From: Eledone cirrhosa
Lineage: Eukaryota
Direction: 5' to 3'
Assembly (NCBI GenBank): GCA_964016885.1
Contig: OZ024742.1
Span: 94,550,001 to 94,614,000, forward strand
Length of the DNA: 64,000 bases
The notes beneath the pieces were generated by a model, which saw nothing but the letters and a program-made list of their open reading frames with translations, had not been told where the DNA came from and did no database searches. The translations under genes were made by a program, and so were the position numbers. The first letter of the stretch is position 1; every line of letters begins with the position of its first letter. This document shows positions 1-13,427 of the stretch, in pieces.

Positions 1-571
1 GGTGTTCCAAGGCCATAGTATGTAGAATAAGGATGGGTTGTAAGAAGTTTAGGGAGCTGTTTCCTCTGTTCACAAAGAAGGGTTTCTTCCTGCATACGAA
101 AGGCTCGTTATATGATGTCTGTACTAAATGCGCGATGCTGCATGGTAGTGAAAGTTTTCCAGCAACTGTAGAGGAATGCGACAGCTGGAGAGAAATGAAG
201 CAAGCATGCTCTGTTGGATGTGCAATGTCAATGTGTGTGAATGACCAAGCATAGATGAATTGAATGGGAAACTGTGTATAAGAGAGATAAGTTGTAGTGT
301 GCAGGAGAGAAGACTGCAATGGTATGGACATAGGATGCGCATGGAGGATGACTGCTGGGTGAAGAAGTGCCAAGAAATCCCAGTAGGAGGAAGATGCAGT
401 AGATGAAGACCACAAAAAATATGGGGGGAGGTGGTGAGAACAGACTTCAGACTGCTGAAGTTTACAGAAGAGATGACGAAGGACTGTGACAAGTGGAGAG
501 TTGCTGTGTTGAATAGGACCCGTCCCACCCTTGCAAGCAGGGAAAAGTGGACGTAAAATGATGATGATGAT
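1..571 (+). mobile_element. RTE-clade LINE, degenerate 3' fragment with (ATG)n tail
   Basis: ORF 33..254 KKFRELFPL..KGSLYDVC..AMLHGSE; downstream RLQWYGH..RME; ends ggacgtaaaatgatgatgatga like the other RTE copies. Confidence 0.85.
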
Positions 572-573
572 AT

Positions 574-611
<38 letters not shown>

Positions 612-830
612 CTCATCATCATCATTTAATATCTGTTTTCCCTGCTAGAAAGGTTTGGATCACTCTTCACAGACCATGTCAGTACAGAAGTGGAACTACT
701 AACCTAACAGATAGGAGAGGAACCTGCATGTTATTTACATACGATCCTGCACTTGACTAAGTGCATTTTGTCATGGCATCATCATCATCATCTTCGTTTA
801 ACATCTATCTTCCACGCTAGCATGGGTTAA

Positions 831-876
<46 letters not shown>

Positions 877-1791
877 AGATATATATGTATAAATGAAAGT
901 TTTAACACCCACCTCCACCAAAAAAATTATAATGTAAAACTGAAAGAAATGAATAATTAGCATGAGAAAAGTTTCCCCCACTTATATTGTATTATTAATG
1001 TATTTCAGATTAGAAAGACACTCATCTCCCTAATTAGATGGGTCAGTCTCATTCCGGAGAGGTCAAATATTAGTAAATGGGCAGAGGTCATCAGATTTCT
1101 AACTGCAGAATCCCAAAATCAATCACGTTTCAGAATAGCAGAGAACATAATGTAATTATATGTTGGTCGATGATCGTGTGTTTTCACATATTTATGAACC
1201 TCTGTGTTTTCTGTAAGTATGCTTATTGCAATTGGACATTCAGTACTTACAGTGTGCTTGCATGTGTTTATATGTATGTGTGTGTGTGGGTTATTATGTT
1301 TGTAAGCATGTTTGATTTTGTGTTTATTTGCATATATGTTTATTTCATCTGTATAAGTGTGTCTTGTTATATGCATTTGTTTGTGAGAATATATGTGTTA
1401 ATGTATTTAGATAATATGCATATTATGTCACTAAAATGTATGTGTGGCTTTGAATATCTCCTCTTTTCGTGTGTCTTTTACATACACATGCATGTTTATG
1501 AGTAAATGTACACCATTTATGTGAGTGTGTGTGTATGTATGTATTTACGTGTGTAAATCTCTCTCTATCTCTCTTTCTATATATATATATGTTTGTGTAT
1601 GTTTAAGTATCTATACACATATATTTTTTCAATATATTCAAACATCTTTGCCTGCATATCATGTTATGTAAAGGAATTTATATTTATATGTATATATACA
1701 TGTATATATATATATAAATATATATATGTGTGTGTCTGTGTCTTTAAGTATGTATGTATTTATATTATCACTATCATCATTATGTGTTTTT

Positions 1792-1857
<66 letters not shown>

Positions 1858-3159
1858 GTGTGTGTGTGTGTGTGTGTGTGCGTGTATATACACACAAACA
1901 CATTATTTTAAGCTGAGAATAAAATATCTTGCAACTGTTTTACTGATTTTCAAGCAATCAGTTTGCATGTGAGTGTATGTATATATATATATACATATAT
2001 ATACATACAAACACGCGCACACACACATATATATGTATATGTATATAATTAGACACACTTACATATATACATTTACTCACACACTCACACATGTAAATAA
2101 ATATGTAAATTTAAGACCAATGCATACATGAATATTCATAGTTTACTATGAATACAAAACAGAAAGACAACAACTCTTGGTAATCAGGAAATCCATCAGC
2201 GGGTGATTGACTGAACTGACTTTTCAGTATGTACCATGTTCAGAAGAGATAGGGATTTAGGCAGTTGGATCCTAATGCATCTGTTTATATTTAAGTATGT
2301 TCATATGTATGTAAATAAGAAATCATTATCATCAGTTTATGTCTGCTTTCCATACTTGCATGTGTTGGGTGAATTGTTATGATCTGAGAGACTAAACTGT
2401 TAGTTATGCATTCTTTATTTACTTGGTTTCTACTGTGAGATACCCTTACTTATACCAACCACTTTATAGTTTAATGACTCTGTTTTGTTGAGGCACCAAC
2501 AATAGAGACATTGTCAAGTGTATGAAAGGGCAAAAGGAGCCTTTCTATCCTACATCATCTAGGTTTGTTTCTGTCTACTTTTTCAGTGGTGCACTCAGTG
2601 TGCCCCATCACAACACTCATACTTGACAATGTAGCTCATCCATTGCAAGCTAAGAGGACCATTTTCCTTTTATGTAATCTCTGATATCTCACACTTTACG
2701 TTTTGTGTCACAATGATTGTACTGATATGAGGGGAGGGGGAGATTTTTATTCTACCAATATATAATCACCCTCATCTTTTTTTTTTTGCACCCATTTTTC
2801 CAAACTAGTATATGTAGAACAGAACTTAAGTATGGTATATATCATTGATATTCATTGAAATGCAAAACTGCAAGATATATTGTTTCTGAGAGACAAATAA
2901 ATGTCTGTAAATCATTACAGACTAAGAAAGTTACTAATACCCCTTACAATTAAGAAACAAGAGAAGAAAAACAGAGTAAGTAAACAAAAAGGAAGAGATG
3001 GAAAACAGGAGGAAAAAATGTAAGAAAAATGTGAAAAACAAAAAGACAACTATAAATCATTTAAATGTTTCTGATGTTAAATCTTTTCATAGCCACCATG
3101 TACTGGAAGATTTTGATTATGATTGGTAGATCCTTGATAATATATTACACCTCCATTCA

Positions 3160-4966
3160 TGATCATCATCATCATCATCGTTTAACGTCCATGTTCCACG
3201 CTTGCATGGGTTTGGATGGGAGTTTTCCCACTTGAGGCAAGAGTGGTTGTCTTGCTCGCATAGGACTGTCTGGCGGGTTTTCTACAGTTGGATGCCCTTC
3301 CTAACACCAACCACATTTACAGTATGGGGCTGGGAGGTTTTAACCGTGTTGCCTACACGGCCACATTACAGCGTGGACTGTCTGGCGGGTTTTCTACAGC
3401 TGGATGCCCTTCCTAACACCAACCACATTTACAGTGTGGGACTGGGAGGTTTTTACCGTGTTGCCTACACGGTCACATTACAGCGTGGACTGTGTGTTTT
3501 TTTGTTGTGACACCTATACGATCTCATTTGTTTCGGCCTGGATGTTGTGGCACCAACATAACTTTACATTGAAAGGGGCGGTGTGGATGGGGAGGGAGTG
3601 GTGGGACGGGGTGTATTTTGTTAGAGATGCCTACTGACTGTAGTAGGTTTTACTTTGTATTTAGGTAAGGCGGGTCTTCTCTATTACTGAGTACCGCCAA
3701 AGGTCTCGGTCCAGTGACATTGTCTTGGAGAAGTGTAAGTGTGTGAGGTCGGAATTTATCAGCTCGTCCCAGGTTTTTCTGGGTCTGCCTATTCCGTGGC
3801 TACCGTCTATCTTTATTGCCCTGCACTTTGTTATACAGCTGTCGTCTTTCATGCGCATCACGTGACCATACCAACGTAGCCTTCTCTCGAGTAAACAACA
3901 TCTGATCCCTCTTATTTCTAATTTTTTCCTTAGTTCATTTATGCTTTGCCGTTCACGTATATTACTATTACACATCCAGCGGAGCATACAAGCTTCATTC
4001 CTCTCTAGTCTGCGTATATTCTCTGCCCACAATGCCCAGGTCTCACTGCCATGCAACATTGCTGTTCGTATGCAGGCATCATACAACCTGCCTTTCATTT
4101 TTAGGGAGAACCCTTTAGCGGCTAATAGTGGTATAAGCTCTCTGAACTTTTTCCATCAAGTTCTGACTCTAGCTACTGTACTTTCAGAGCACCCTCTCCC
4201 ACTGCTGATTTTGTCACCCAGGTAACGGAAGCTGTCCACTATTTCTATAGAACCCTCTGCGCAGTTGAAAGAGCTAGTATTTTGTGGGCACTTGCTGCTA
4301 CTTATTGCACCAGAGCACCGGCCACATGTAAAATCTGTGTTCTTGGTTAGCTTACCTGTGATCCCACTACATCTTTTATGCACCCATACTTCGCATTTGG
4401 GACATAAAAGGGAGTTTCCTACACACTGAGCATGGCCATTTCCCGGAAGGGACCGGCGCCTTATTTTCTTTCATACAAACTAGAACTTTAGTCTTAGCCA
4501 GGTTAATTTTAAGGCCTTTTGATTCTAGGCTGTGCCTCCATGTTTGGAATTTCTTCTCTAGCTCGGCCATTGATTCAGCTATGAGCGTTAGGTCATCTGC
4601 GTATAGGAGTTCCCATGGGCAGCCGGTCTTGAACTCCTCTGTTATAGCCTGAAGAGCAATAATAAATAGTAGGGGGCTAAGAACAGAGCCCTGATGGACA
4701 CCAAATTTTACGCTAAACTCTTCACTATATTCGTTGTTAATTCTAACCTTGCTCACTGTTTCTTTATACATGGCTTGTATAGCTCTCACAAGCCATTCGT
4801 CAACACCTAGTTTTCTAAGAGCCCACCAGATAATGGAACGGGGGACTCTGTCGAAGGCTTTCTCCAAGTCGACAAAGGCTAAGTATAGGGGTTTACTTTT
4901 AGCTAGGTACTTCTCCTGTAGTTGTCGTACAATGAAAAGAGCGTCTGTGGTACTTTTGCCAGACAC
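3160..4966 (-). mobile_element. 5'-truncated RTE-clade LINE (RT domain, C-terminal region, 3' UTR, (ATG)n tail), disrupted
   Basis: AFVDLEKAFDRVPR, GVHQGSVLSPLLF, LLYADDL in 4376..4966; RRLRWYGHVMRM and GRPRKTW in 3661..4098; homology to the 29.7 kb copy stops at VSGKST. Confidence 0.95.
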
Positions 4967-6929
4967 AAGGATTTCTTGGTAGTATTTTTTAAAACCAGCT
5001 TTAAGATGTTCTCTCTTTCCGAATTTTTGCCCCATAAAATTTCTGGGTAGTCTCCACAAGAAAGTTGAAGTGATTATATACGACCTGTTTGTGATAAAAT
5101 ATAGTTTAAAGGATGCCAAAATAGTGCCTGATATATTTTTAAACATTAATAGGTCGAGCAAAGATAATGGAGGATTGAAATTTGAGAGATTGTCTCTCAA
5201 TTCTTCCCAAATATTGGTAAGACAAATAATTCTATATTCATTCATTCAAATTTAGCAAAATGAAGATTTGGCTATAATTCTATTTGCTCATGGGTTTATT
5301 GTTGGAAATATTTGTTAGTGTTAGATTAATACTTTGTTTATTATATCATTAGAAACTGGCTATCATTTCCTTATAACGACAGACTCTGAAATTAAACTGT
5401 GGTTTTATGCTTTATTTCATCTTCAGTTTGACTTATTTATTTGAAAAGATCCCTGAGGATATTCTTGTCGAATGGTCAATCTGACCTACACACAGCAGTA
5501 TGTATAAATTAGCTAACTATCATATCAGCAATGTGGATATGTGACTGCGATCTTACGTGGTGTACAAAATAGCATGCCAAAAATATAGCAAATCATAAAC
5601 TAAGGGCACCATCCATGATTACACATCTTTCAGTAGCAAAAAAGCCCAAACCAACTCGGTTCTATAGACACCACACATTTTAAAGGGTTTCACTTTAAAT
5701 TAAATTCCCACACAATTTTATATGAGACCCATGTTATGTTACTAAATTAGTAATGAAATAATTTAAAAAAATTATTAAATCCCTCAAAATTCTTCATTAA
5801 TTAATTGAAATAGTGTGTATTTCATTAGAACTATGGTCATGAAAATTTTAAAGAACATGTTCATATAAGTTGTTTTTCTAGTCAGAAACATCTACAGAAA
5901 TGTCATACCAAATATTATTAAAGTCACTTTTAAAATCACCCAATCAAAATTAAATGATTTAAGGTTCATCATCATCATCATCATCATCATCATTTAATGT
6001 CCATTTTCCATGCTAGCATGGATGGATGTAATTCAAATCAATAGGATAAGGCCTTCTAATAATAGCAGACACAAATTGCATGAAGCTGATTGGCTGCTGC
6101 AATTATACTAGTACGTATATGACACCACACCTTTGACCCTATACTTATTTGTACAAAGGAGCACAGTCACACCACACCAACACACAACCATCTTTTTAAA
6201 AATGGGTTTTAACCCCCAAATATCATGAAATATAAAACAAAAGTAGAAACTGTTGTTTTGAATTACTTAACATCTGTGTCCACTCCTTCACTTATACTTG
6301 CATTTTACTGGCTTTTCTAAAACAAATTTTACAAATACTTCACAATACTTTATATACGATCTACTAAAATAAATATAACCTTTACTTCTTTGAAATCTGA
6401 AAATGTGAGACTTTATGTCTGATGGAGATAGAAATTTTATTTATTGTATGTATATATTGTCATCATCATCAATATATGTGTGTGCGCACGTGTGTATGAG
6501 TATGTTTTTATTTGAATCTTTTAACATCAACCATAACCTGCTTAAGTTTTGTGTTTCCATTAGTCTATAAAAAAGAATATTCCCATGTTTTATTTCAAAC
6601 ACACACACACACACACACACACATGCAGATATGTCTTAGACTTCCATATGCCTCAGGACTCCATGGATCTGCACCTTGAAAGTTCATCTCTAAAGTGCAG
6701 GCTCAGGTAATTTTATTTTATACAGAAGGCCAGCAGTTGTCCATGCATGTGTGTCTCTCTTCCCATTGTCATTAATGTTATCCAAGGGAAAATCCATGGC
6801 TGATATATCTTGGCACCAATGTTGTTATAAGAAATGCATTATACATTGCAAAGAGCTGAAATAACGCTGCAAAGCTACACCAATTCTAGCAGCAATCCAT
6901 TGCTGTAGCAATTCAGCCAATTGTGTAGG

Positions 6930-7900
6930 ATTTATTGACCATGTTTCTGCCCACATAGACCAGTAAGAGGTAGACTTCCAAACATTACCTCAATGACAAA
7001 AGAGATGCCCATGGAAGAATAGAACAGGTGAAGCAGAGCTATACAAATGCATGAAAACCTTGATCCAATGAGAAAAATGCTTGCATAAGCAGTGTGAGCA
7101 AGTACTAAAATTAATCTAATATGTCATGTTTAAATACAATAAGTAAACATATACCCAAGAAAAGGGGAGGCCATCGGTGTCAGCATTGCTGGTGACATGG
7201 CCAACTTGCTTATGTTATGGTGGTAAAGGAGACTCAAGGATTGCTTAGTAGAAAGCTTCATAACCCTAACCAGTTTTTCTATGTAGATATTAAAACTGTG
7301 GTAAAAGCATTCCCACAAGAAAGAAACCATGAACCTGAACTAGAAGCTAACACCATGCAGAGCATTTAGCAAAGAGTTAATTCCATCCACTAGATTATTC
7401 AGGTAATGGTAAACAACCAAACACAGCACCTAACTGCAGACTACCTGAATTATACACAGAACTCTAGCTGTATACTCAAAATGACAAAGCCCAAATCCTC
7501 AATTTGCTTTACACTAAACTCCTGGCCTCCAAGTACCTAGTCCAACAGAGCTCAGCAATCTCAGATAGTACTAACTTCAATGTATTGATAGCAAATCTAG
7601 TATGAGCAATGAAAAATGTGTCCCGCATATGTGATTCAACATAATTAGAGAAACACATACAGCACTTCACAGAAAGACAAGATGGAGTAAAGAGAATAAG
7701 AGCAGTAAGAAGAAGAGGTACAGAGGAAAACAAATATTCATTGAGGAGGTCAGTAAATGTGAGACAAAAGAACTTCGATGTTCTGAATAATAACTAATAA
7801 TAAAGCTTAAGATAAAATCAAATAGTGTGTGCGTTTTTATCAGTAATATTGGTAACATAAACATCCCCAAATACCACAATATCTGTTTCAACACACAATT
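6930..7900 (+). mobile_element. Highly degenerate Penelope-like RT fragment
   Basis: Manual translation near 7130-7230: YTQEKG/AIGVSIAGDMANLLMLWW (RT motif B-like); further YTKLLASKYLVQQSSAISD..NVLIANLV and KHIQHFTER resemble the PLE thumb; many stops and frameshifts. Confidence 0.6.
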
Positions 7901-7935
7901 TCACATCAAGAACCTTGCAAACCAAATACATATAT

Positions 7936-7991
<56 letters not shown>

Positions 7992-7996
<5 letters not shown>

Positions 7997-8656
7997 AAAG
8001 GTGAAATTGGAAATAGCACGAAAAATATGTTTATGGGTCTGTTTTTCTTTTTTTACCTTTCTTTGATTCGTCAAAGTGACATTATCGAAAAAATGAGACC
8101 GACAATTCTTTTAAAAAAGAGTTTTATAATGTATATAAAGTATATAAAGTATAACTGGTTTCGATGTATTAGTAAAATTCATCTTATCAAATGTTGTGTA
8201 TTACAATTAAAAAGATTTAATAAGAATTAAAAACTAAAAATTTAAGATTTAAAATTAAGTGTTGAGGCAAGTTTTTTTTTCATCTTCCTTGTTGAGAAGG
8301 AAGCTGGAAAAATGAAATCTCTCTATACACAAGATTTCATTTTTCCAGTCTCCTTCTCAACAAGGAAGAGGAAGAAAACATACTCCAAAACTTAATTTTA
8401 AATCTTAAATTTTTAGTTTTTAATTCTTATTAATTTTTTAAATTGTAATATTCAACATTTGATAAGATGAATTTTACTAATACATTGAAACCGGTTATAC
8501 TATATATAATTTATATACATTATAAAACTCTTTTTTAAAAGAATTGTCCCTTTCATTTTTTTGATAATGTCAGATTGACGAATCAAAGAAAGGAAAAAAA
8601 GAAAAACAGACCCTTAAACATATTTTTTGTACTATTTCTAATTTCACCTTTTCTCT
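7992..8656. repeat. About 665 bp imperfect palindrome (two ~330 bp arms, ~10 nt spacer), PLE pLTR-like
   Basis: aaaaggtgaaattggaaatag...gaaaaatgaaatct mirrors agatttcatttttcc...ctatttctaatttcacctttt. Confidence 0.95.
8455..8500 (+). ncRNA. Hammerhead-like motif with UUGAUAA core (mirror copy at 8151..8195, - strand); stem I weak
   Basis: TTGATAA-GATG..CAT(C/T)-GAAA-C-CG-GTT; stem II is perfect in the left arm and stem III ACCGGT is intact in the right arm. Confidence 0.55.
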
Positions 8657-9159
8657 ATAACAACTGTTTTGTATAGAACCTGACTTCCCATTCCATATAT
8701 ATATAATATATATATATATATATGCAAAAACACACACACACATATATATATATGGGGGTGGGCATATATTTTGGAGAATAAGTAACAAAAATATTTAGAT
8801 GAATGGAAAATGGTGTTTGTTAAGTATTCAAATTAACTTTTCTATGGTACAGTATATGTTATTAAGATCCATATATTACATACAAGATGCAAATATTTAT
8901 GAACATATGGGCATTTAGAAATGATCTGCTCATTCAGGTTGTGTATAAGATGAAGAGTGGACATATGCATGTAATCCTTGATGAAATGGTAGATATGCTC
9001 TTTAGTAAATACAGCTGCTACTGCTTATCTCTGCATGCTAATAATGTATCCACTTACCTAGATCATGTGTGTTTGTCTACTACATACATACATTATGTAT
9101 ATCACATTATATATATATACACACATAGACAAACTTTATAATGATACATGCATATACTT

Positions 9160-9730
9160 CTTTAGCCAAATTTGTTGGAGCCATGGTTTAAATATTGTCG
9201 TTGGTGGACTTTTGCTGTTTCCCCAAAATACTTAATTATAAATGCATAATGACATTTTAATGAGGATATCGTATAAATGATCTAATAGCTTGCCTGTGAG
9301 AGTAGAACATTTCTCGGCTCGAATACCGAAGATTGTTTGACCATTGCAGGAAATTGTACTAATCTTAGCTGGCCTTTCTATCTCATTATTATATGATTAG
9401 TAGGGGTTTAATTTTGGCATTTATAAACACAGTAGTGGAAGAATCTAAGAATTTAATCCTTTTTCATAGTAATGACTGATAGAAAATATGGTTCCGGAGG
9501 TATGTGCAGGCCAATTATGTGGGTGGAGGGGGTTCCATTAGAATGAGTAAGTGTTGTAAATATGTTTAGACTTTGTGTATGTGCGAGTAAAGTACATCAG
9601 TAGATTATTTTTTATTTTGTAAAGTCACTTGGACTTTAGTAAAAACAGTTATAGTTGGTTGGATGTTAGGTTACTGTATAAAAGAGCAATGGATCTTATT
9701 GTTTCTAAATCCTTGTCTAGGATTATGAAC
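9160..9730 (-). mobile_element. Degenerate Penelope-like GIY-YIG endonuclease fragment
   Basis: Manual minus-strand translation IIYTISSLKCHYAFIIKYFGETAKVHQRQYLNHGS. Confidence 0.6.
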
Positions 9731-10419
9731 TAGATATACTATATATATTATATAGAAAAATATATTATTTCTATTACTTCAAATTAATTAATATCCTCCA
9801 TATATACATGATATAGTATATAATTTATGCTAGATACATTATATAAATATATATATAATATATATATATTAAAGTATTACCTTTCCAGGTTGTACTGAAC
9901 ATCAGGTTATTTTTTTCATAATTTCCGTTGCATATCATTTTTTTTATGGGAACAGTTTGCTATCACCTTGCACAACACTTCTCCATTTGGCATAAAGAAA
10001 GGCTGTGAGTGGTATGGAATGGCCCTTCTGAAGGTCCAACATAGCCAATTCAGAGAGAGAGAACAATGTACTTGACCAGTACATTATTAATCTATCTTGA
10101 AAAAAATGAAAGGCAAAGAGGTTCTTAATAGGATTTGAACTCAAAGTGCATAGACATAGAGTAAACAACACAAATAAATTCACCACCATCTATCATACTA
10201 GATCTCTTTTGCTTCTGACTATGAAGGTTCCGATTGTTTAAGCAATGAAACTTCCTGCAGGAAAAATTAATATGCAAAAGGCAGAGTATTCCAGAAGCAC
10301 ATACATTTATTATAGTTTCCAGGTAGATTTTGCATAACACACTGTGTGACAAATAACTTCTCCATTCAGCAATATTTGCCTCCACGATCAAATACTCTTC
10401 CTTTGAATTACAGTCACAA

Positions 10420-10660
10420 CTCATTTTTGCCAGCTGAGTGAATTAGATCAAAGGAAAATATGTCTTTTTCGAGGACAAAACATTCCACCGGGAAATGAAT
10501 TCATGACCTTATGCCTGTGAGCTTAACACCTTAAGGGTTAAATTGTGGAGGTACACATTCCACAAAGTTAGGGTAACATTATAGTGAAAATGTATTTATC
10601 TTTTGTAGGAGTCTGTATTAATTATCAAAAACATTACTTAACACCTTAACCACTTAGCTC
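10420..10660 (-). mobile_element. Degenerate tRNA-derived SINE interrupted by a 102 bp locally templated insertion
   Basis: Similar to SINEs at 44.9 and 60.2 kb; cttaacaccttaa duplicated at 10522-10534 and 10637-10649; insert matches 11824-11928. Confidence 0.7.
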
Positions 10661-11142
10661 TCACAAATAAAAGTGAAAATAAACTATACACAAATTTCTT
10701 GTAAGAACAAATCATGAAACAATAAATCTTGTATCAACAGTCTTTCTTGAAATAGCAGGTAAATTCCCCTTATACCATGCTCTATTGTCATAAAAAGAGA
10801 AAGACACATTCAATAATGTAGTTTTAGGTACATGCTACACCGGAATAAAAAAAACAATGTCCATGGCTGGAAGGAATTAGAGTATAATCTGATAGGACAC
10901 AGCAACTGCAACAATGACAACAACTGAAAAACATGATATACTTTCAACAAGTTATTAACTAAGGACAAATCAGTTAGTAATCAAATAACTTATCTTTCTA
11001 GCAATATTTACCTCCAGAATCCAAGGAACCCTTAACTCTTTTGTGATTATTTCTAATGAAGTATATTACCTATTATTTCATTTATTGTTTAAAATAATCA
11101 AGATTGTAAAGGCATTTAGTAAAATGATATATATATATATCA

Positions 11143-11688
11143 TTTAATGAATTGAGAGAGAGACTGAGCATAAGAGGAATCAAATGCTGTGTGCAGGAGA
11201 GGCGATTGTGTTGGTATGGACATGTGATGCGTATGAAGGATGACAGCTGCATAAAAAGGTGCAAAGCACTAGAAGTCAATGGAAACCGCGGAGTGGGGAG
11301 ACCCAAGAAGACCTGTGATAAGGTGATAAAAGCCGACCTTACCCAATTACACCTCTCAAAGGCGATGACACACGACCGTGACCTCTGGTGTCATGCAGTA
11401 ATACAGAGTACCTGATCTCCCATGGGTACAAGCTGAAGCATATAGACAATATGCCCCCCCCCCCCCACTGCAAAGTGGTCATGGAGGTGCCACGGCAAAA
11501 AAGCACCCAGCACTCACTGTAAATGAGGTTGGTGTTATGAAGGGCATCCAGATGTAGAAATCAAGCCAAAATCAGTTCCTGTATGAGCAAGGCATGATCA
11601 GTCGACCAGACACTGCCCACAACAGGACAACCCGTCTAACCCATGCTAGCATGGAAGAACGGACGTAAAATGGTGATGATGATGATGA
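11143..11688 (+). mobile_element. RTE LINE 3' fragment with 3' UTR and (ATG)n tail
   Basis: ORF 11152..11415 RRLCWYGHVMRMKDD..GRPKKT; same subfamily as 59131..59948. Confidence 0.9.
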
Positions 11689-12283
11689 TATATTTTTTTC
11701 ATTTGAAGATGATGTTTGGCGCATAACTTAAATGCTTCATAAGAAAAATTATAATGTGGGTGTAGGTACTTCAAAACAAATACTTTTGTAAATCCAAAGC
11801 AATCTCAAGTGGATTGGTATCAAAAGGGTTAAATTGTGGAGGTACACATTCCACAAAGTTAGAGTAACATTATAGTGAAAATGTATTTATCTTTTGTAGG
11901 AGTCTGTATTAATTATCAAAAGCATTACATAAAGTATTACTGGCTTCAATAATCAAAGCAAAAGTGAAAAACTTTATGTTAAAAGTAATCCACAAAGATT
12001 TAGTTTGATCAATGTGGATACAACACTATACCTGCTTCCTGTGAAAAGGCCAAAAGCCATATTATTAGAAACTGGGTATCCTGTTATTCCTGACTAGATA
12101 TTTCACCATTATTGATCAGAATTCCTTGAGTCAAAAGTTTAACGTGCAGACATAAAGAAAACACAAAGGACAGAGACTACTTGATTATTATAAAGGAACT
12201 AAATTCAAAGAGTTACGCATACTTGTCAACAATTACTATATTCTCTTGCACACACTCACACACAAGCTGATACATGCATATAG

Positions 12284-12316
<33 letters not shown>

Positions 12317-13050
12317 CTCATACACTTCTGATTGTGCATAAGTATGTGTGTGTGTGTTACAACTCAAAATTTCACACCTTCCATACTTCATGTTAAGTAA
12401 GTGCAAGGTGAATTTGTTCAGTATCAATAAGTTTGTTAGACATGAGGTTTTGATAAAAATACTGCAGTTCCAGTCTACAGAACATTCTTAATATTCAAAC
12501 TCACAACATGACACAAAATATTATTAGTGATAATATGTAATAAAACAAAATGGATTTCTTTTAATTGTAAGCTACCGATTTCATGCAAAAGACTGCACAT
12601 AAGTGTCTCAAAGGCTAGGAGTGACATTTGTAGTCGCAGATTTCAAATAAACTAGTCAATAAATTTGTACCTAGTTTCATGACTGACACTATTTCTTTTT
12701 TATCAGCCACAGCAGAGTTTGAAATCAGAACATAAAAAAAAGAGACATATCTAAATGCTACAATATTTTTTTGCTGCTTCTAATTGAATTATGCCTATCA
12801 CTACTATACTAACAACAACATTGCTAGTAGTTTCAATTTAGGCATTAGGCCAGCAAATTTGGTAGGGAGTCAATTAAACTAGACCCAGTACTGGTAGTTT
12901 ATTTTATTGACTCTGAAAGGATGAAAGGCGAAGCCAGTCTTAATGGTATTTGAAGTCAGAAGAAAGAGATATAACTATATAACTAAATAACTAAGCTATT
13001 TTGTTCCATACATCCAGCTACAATGACAACAACAATAAACATAATAGTAA

Positions 13051-13427
13051 TAATTGTTTCTACTATTGGCACAAGGCCAGCAATTACCCAGTACATTACT
13101 GGTACTTTATTTTATCGACCCCGTAAGGATGAAAGGCAAAGTTAACCTCGGCGGGATTTGAACTCAGACTGTAAAGGGACGTAACTATGCTAGAAAGCAT
13201 GGCGTCCAACCCTCTACCGATACTGCCAATTCACCGACTGCTAATAATTGTTTCTACTTTAGGCACAAGGCCAGCAATTACCCAGTGCATTACTGGTACT
13301 TTGATTTTATCGACCCCGTAAGGATGAAAGGCAAAGTCAACCTCGGCGGGATTTGAACTCAGATCGTAAAGGGACATAACTATGCTGGAAAGCATGGCGT
13401 CCGACCCTCTACCGATACTGCCAATGG
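13051..13427 (-). mobile_element. Head-to-tail dimer of a ~180 bp tRNA-derived Nin/Deu-domain SINE (older copy at ~12830-12960)
   Basis: Minus strand A-box tggcagtatcggtag, B-box gagttcaaatccc, then gcctttcatccttacggggtcgataaaataaagtaccag. Confidence 0.85.

Noticed and set aside
4967-5245. Apparent N-terminal extension of the 289 aa RT ORF
   Set aside because: RTE homology ends at 4966; the extension is flanking DNA of unknown origin that happens to be in frame
5370-5420. CTGAAGA-TGAAAT..ATTTCA on the minus strand
   Set aside because: GAAA replaced by GAGT and no stem I; at best a dead relic like 17157-17225
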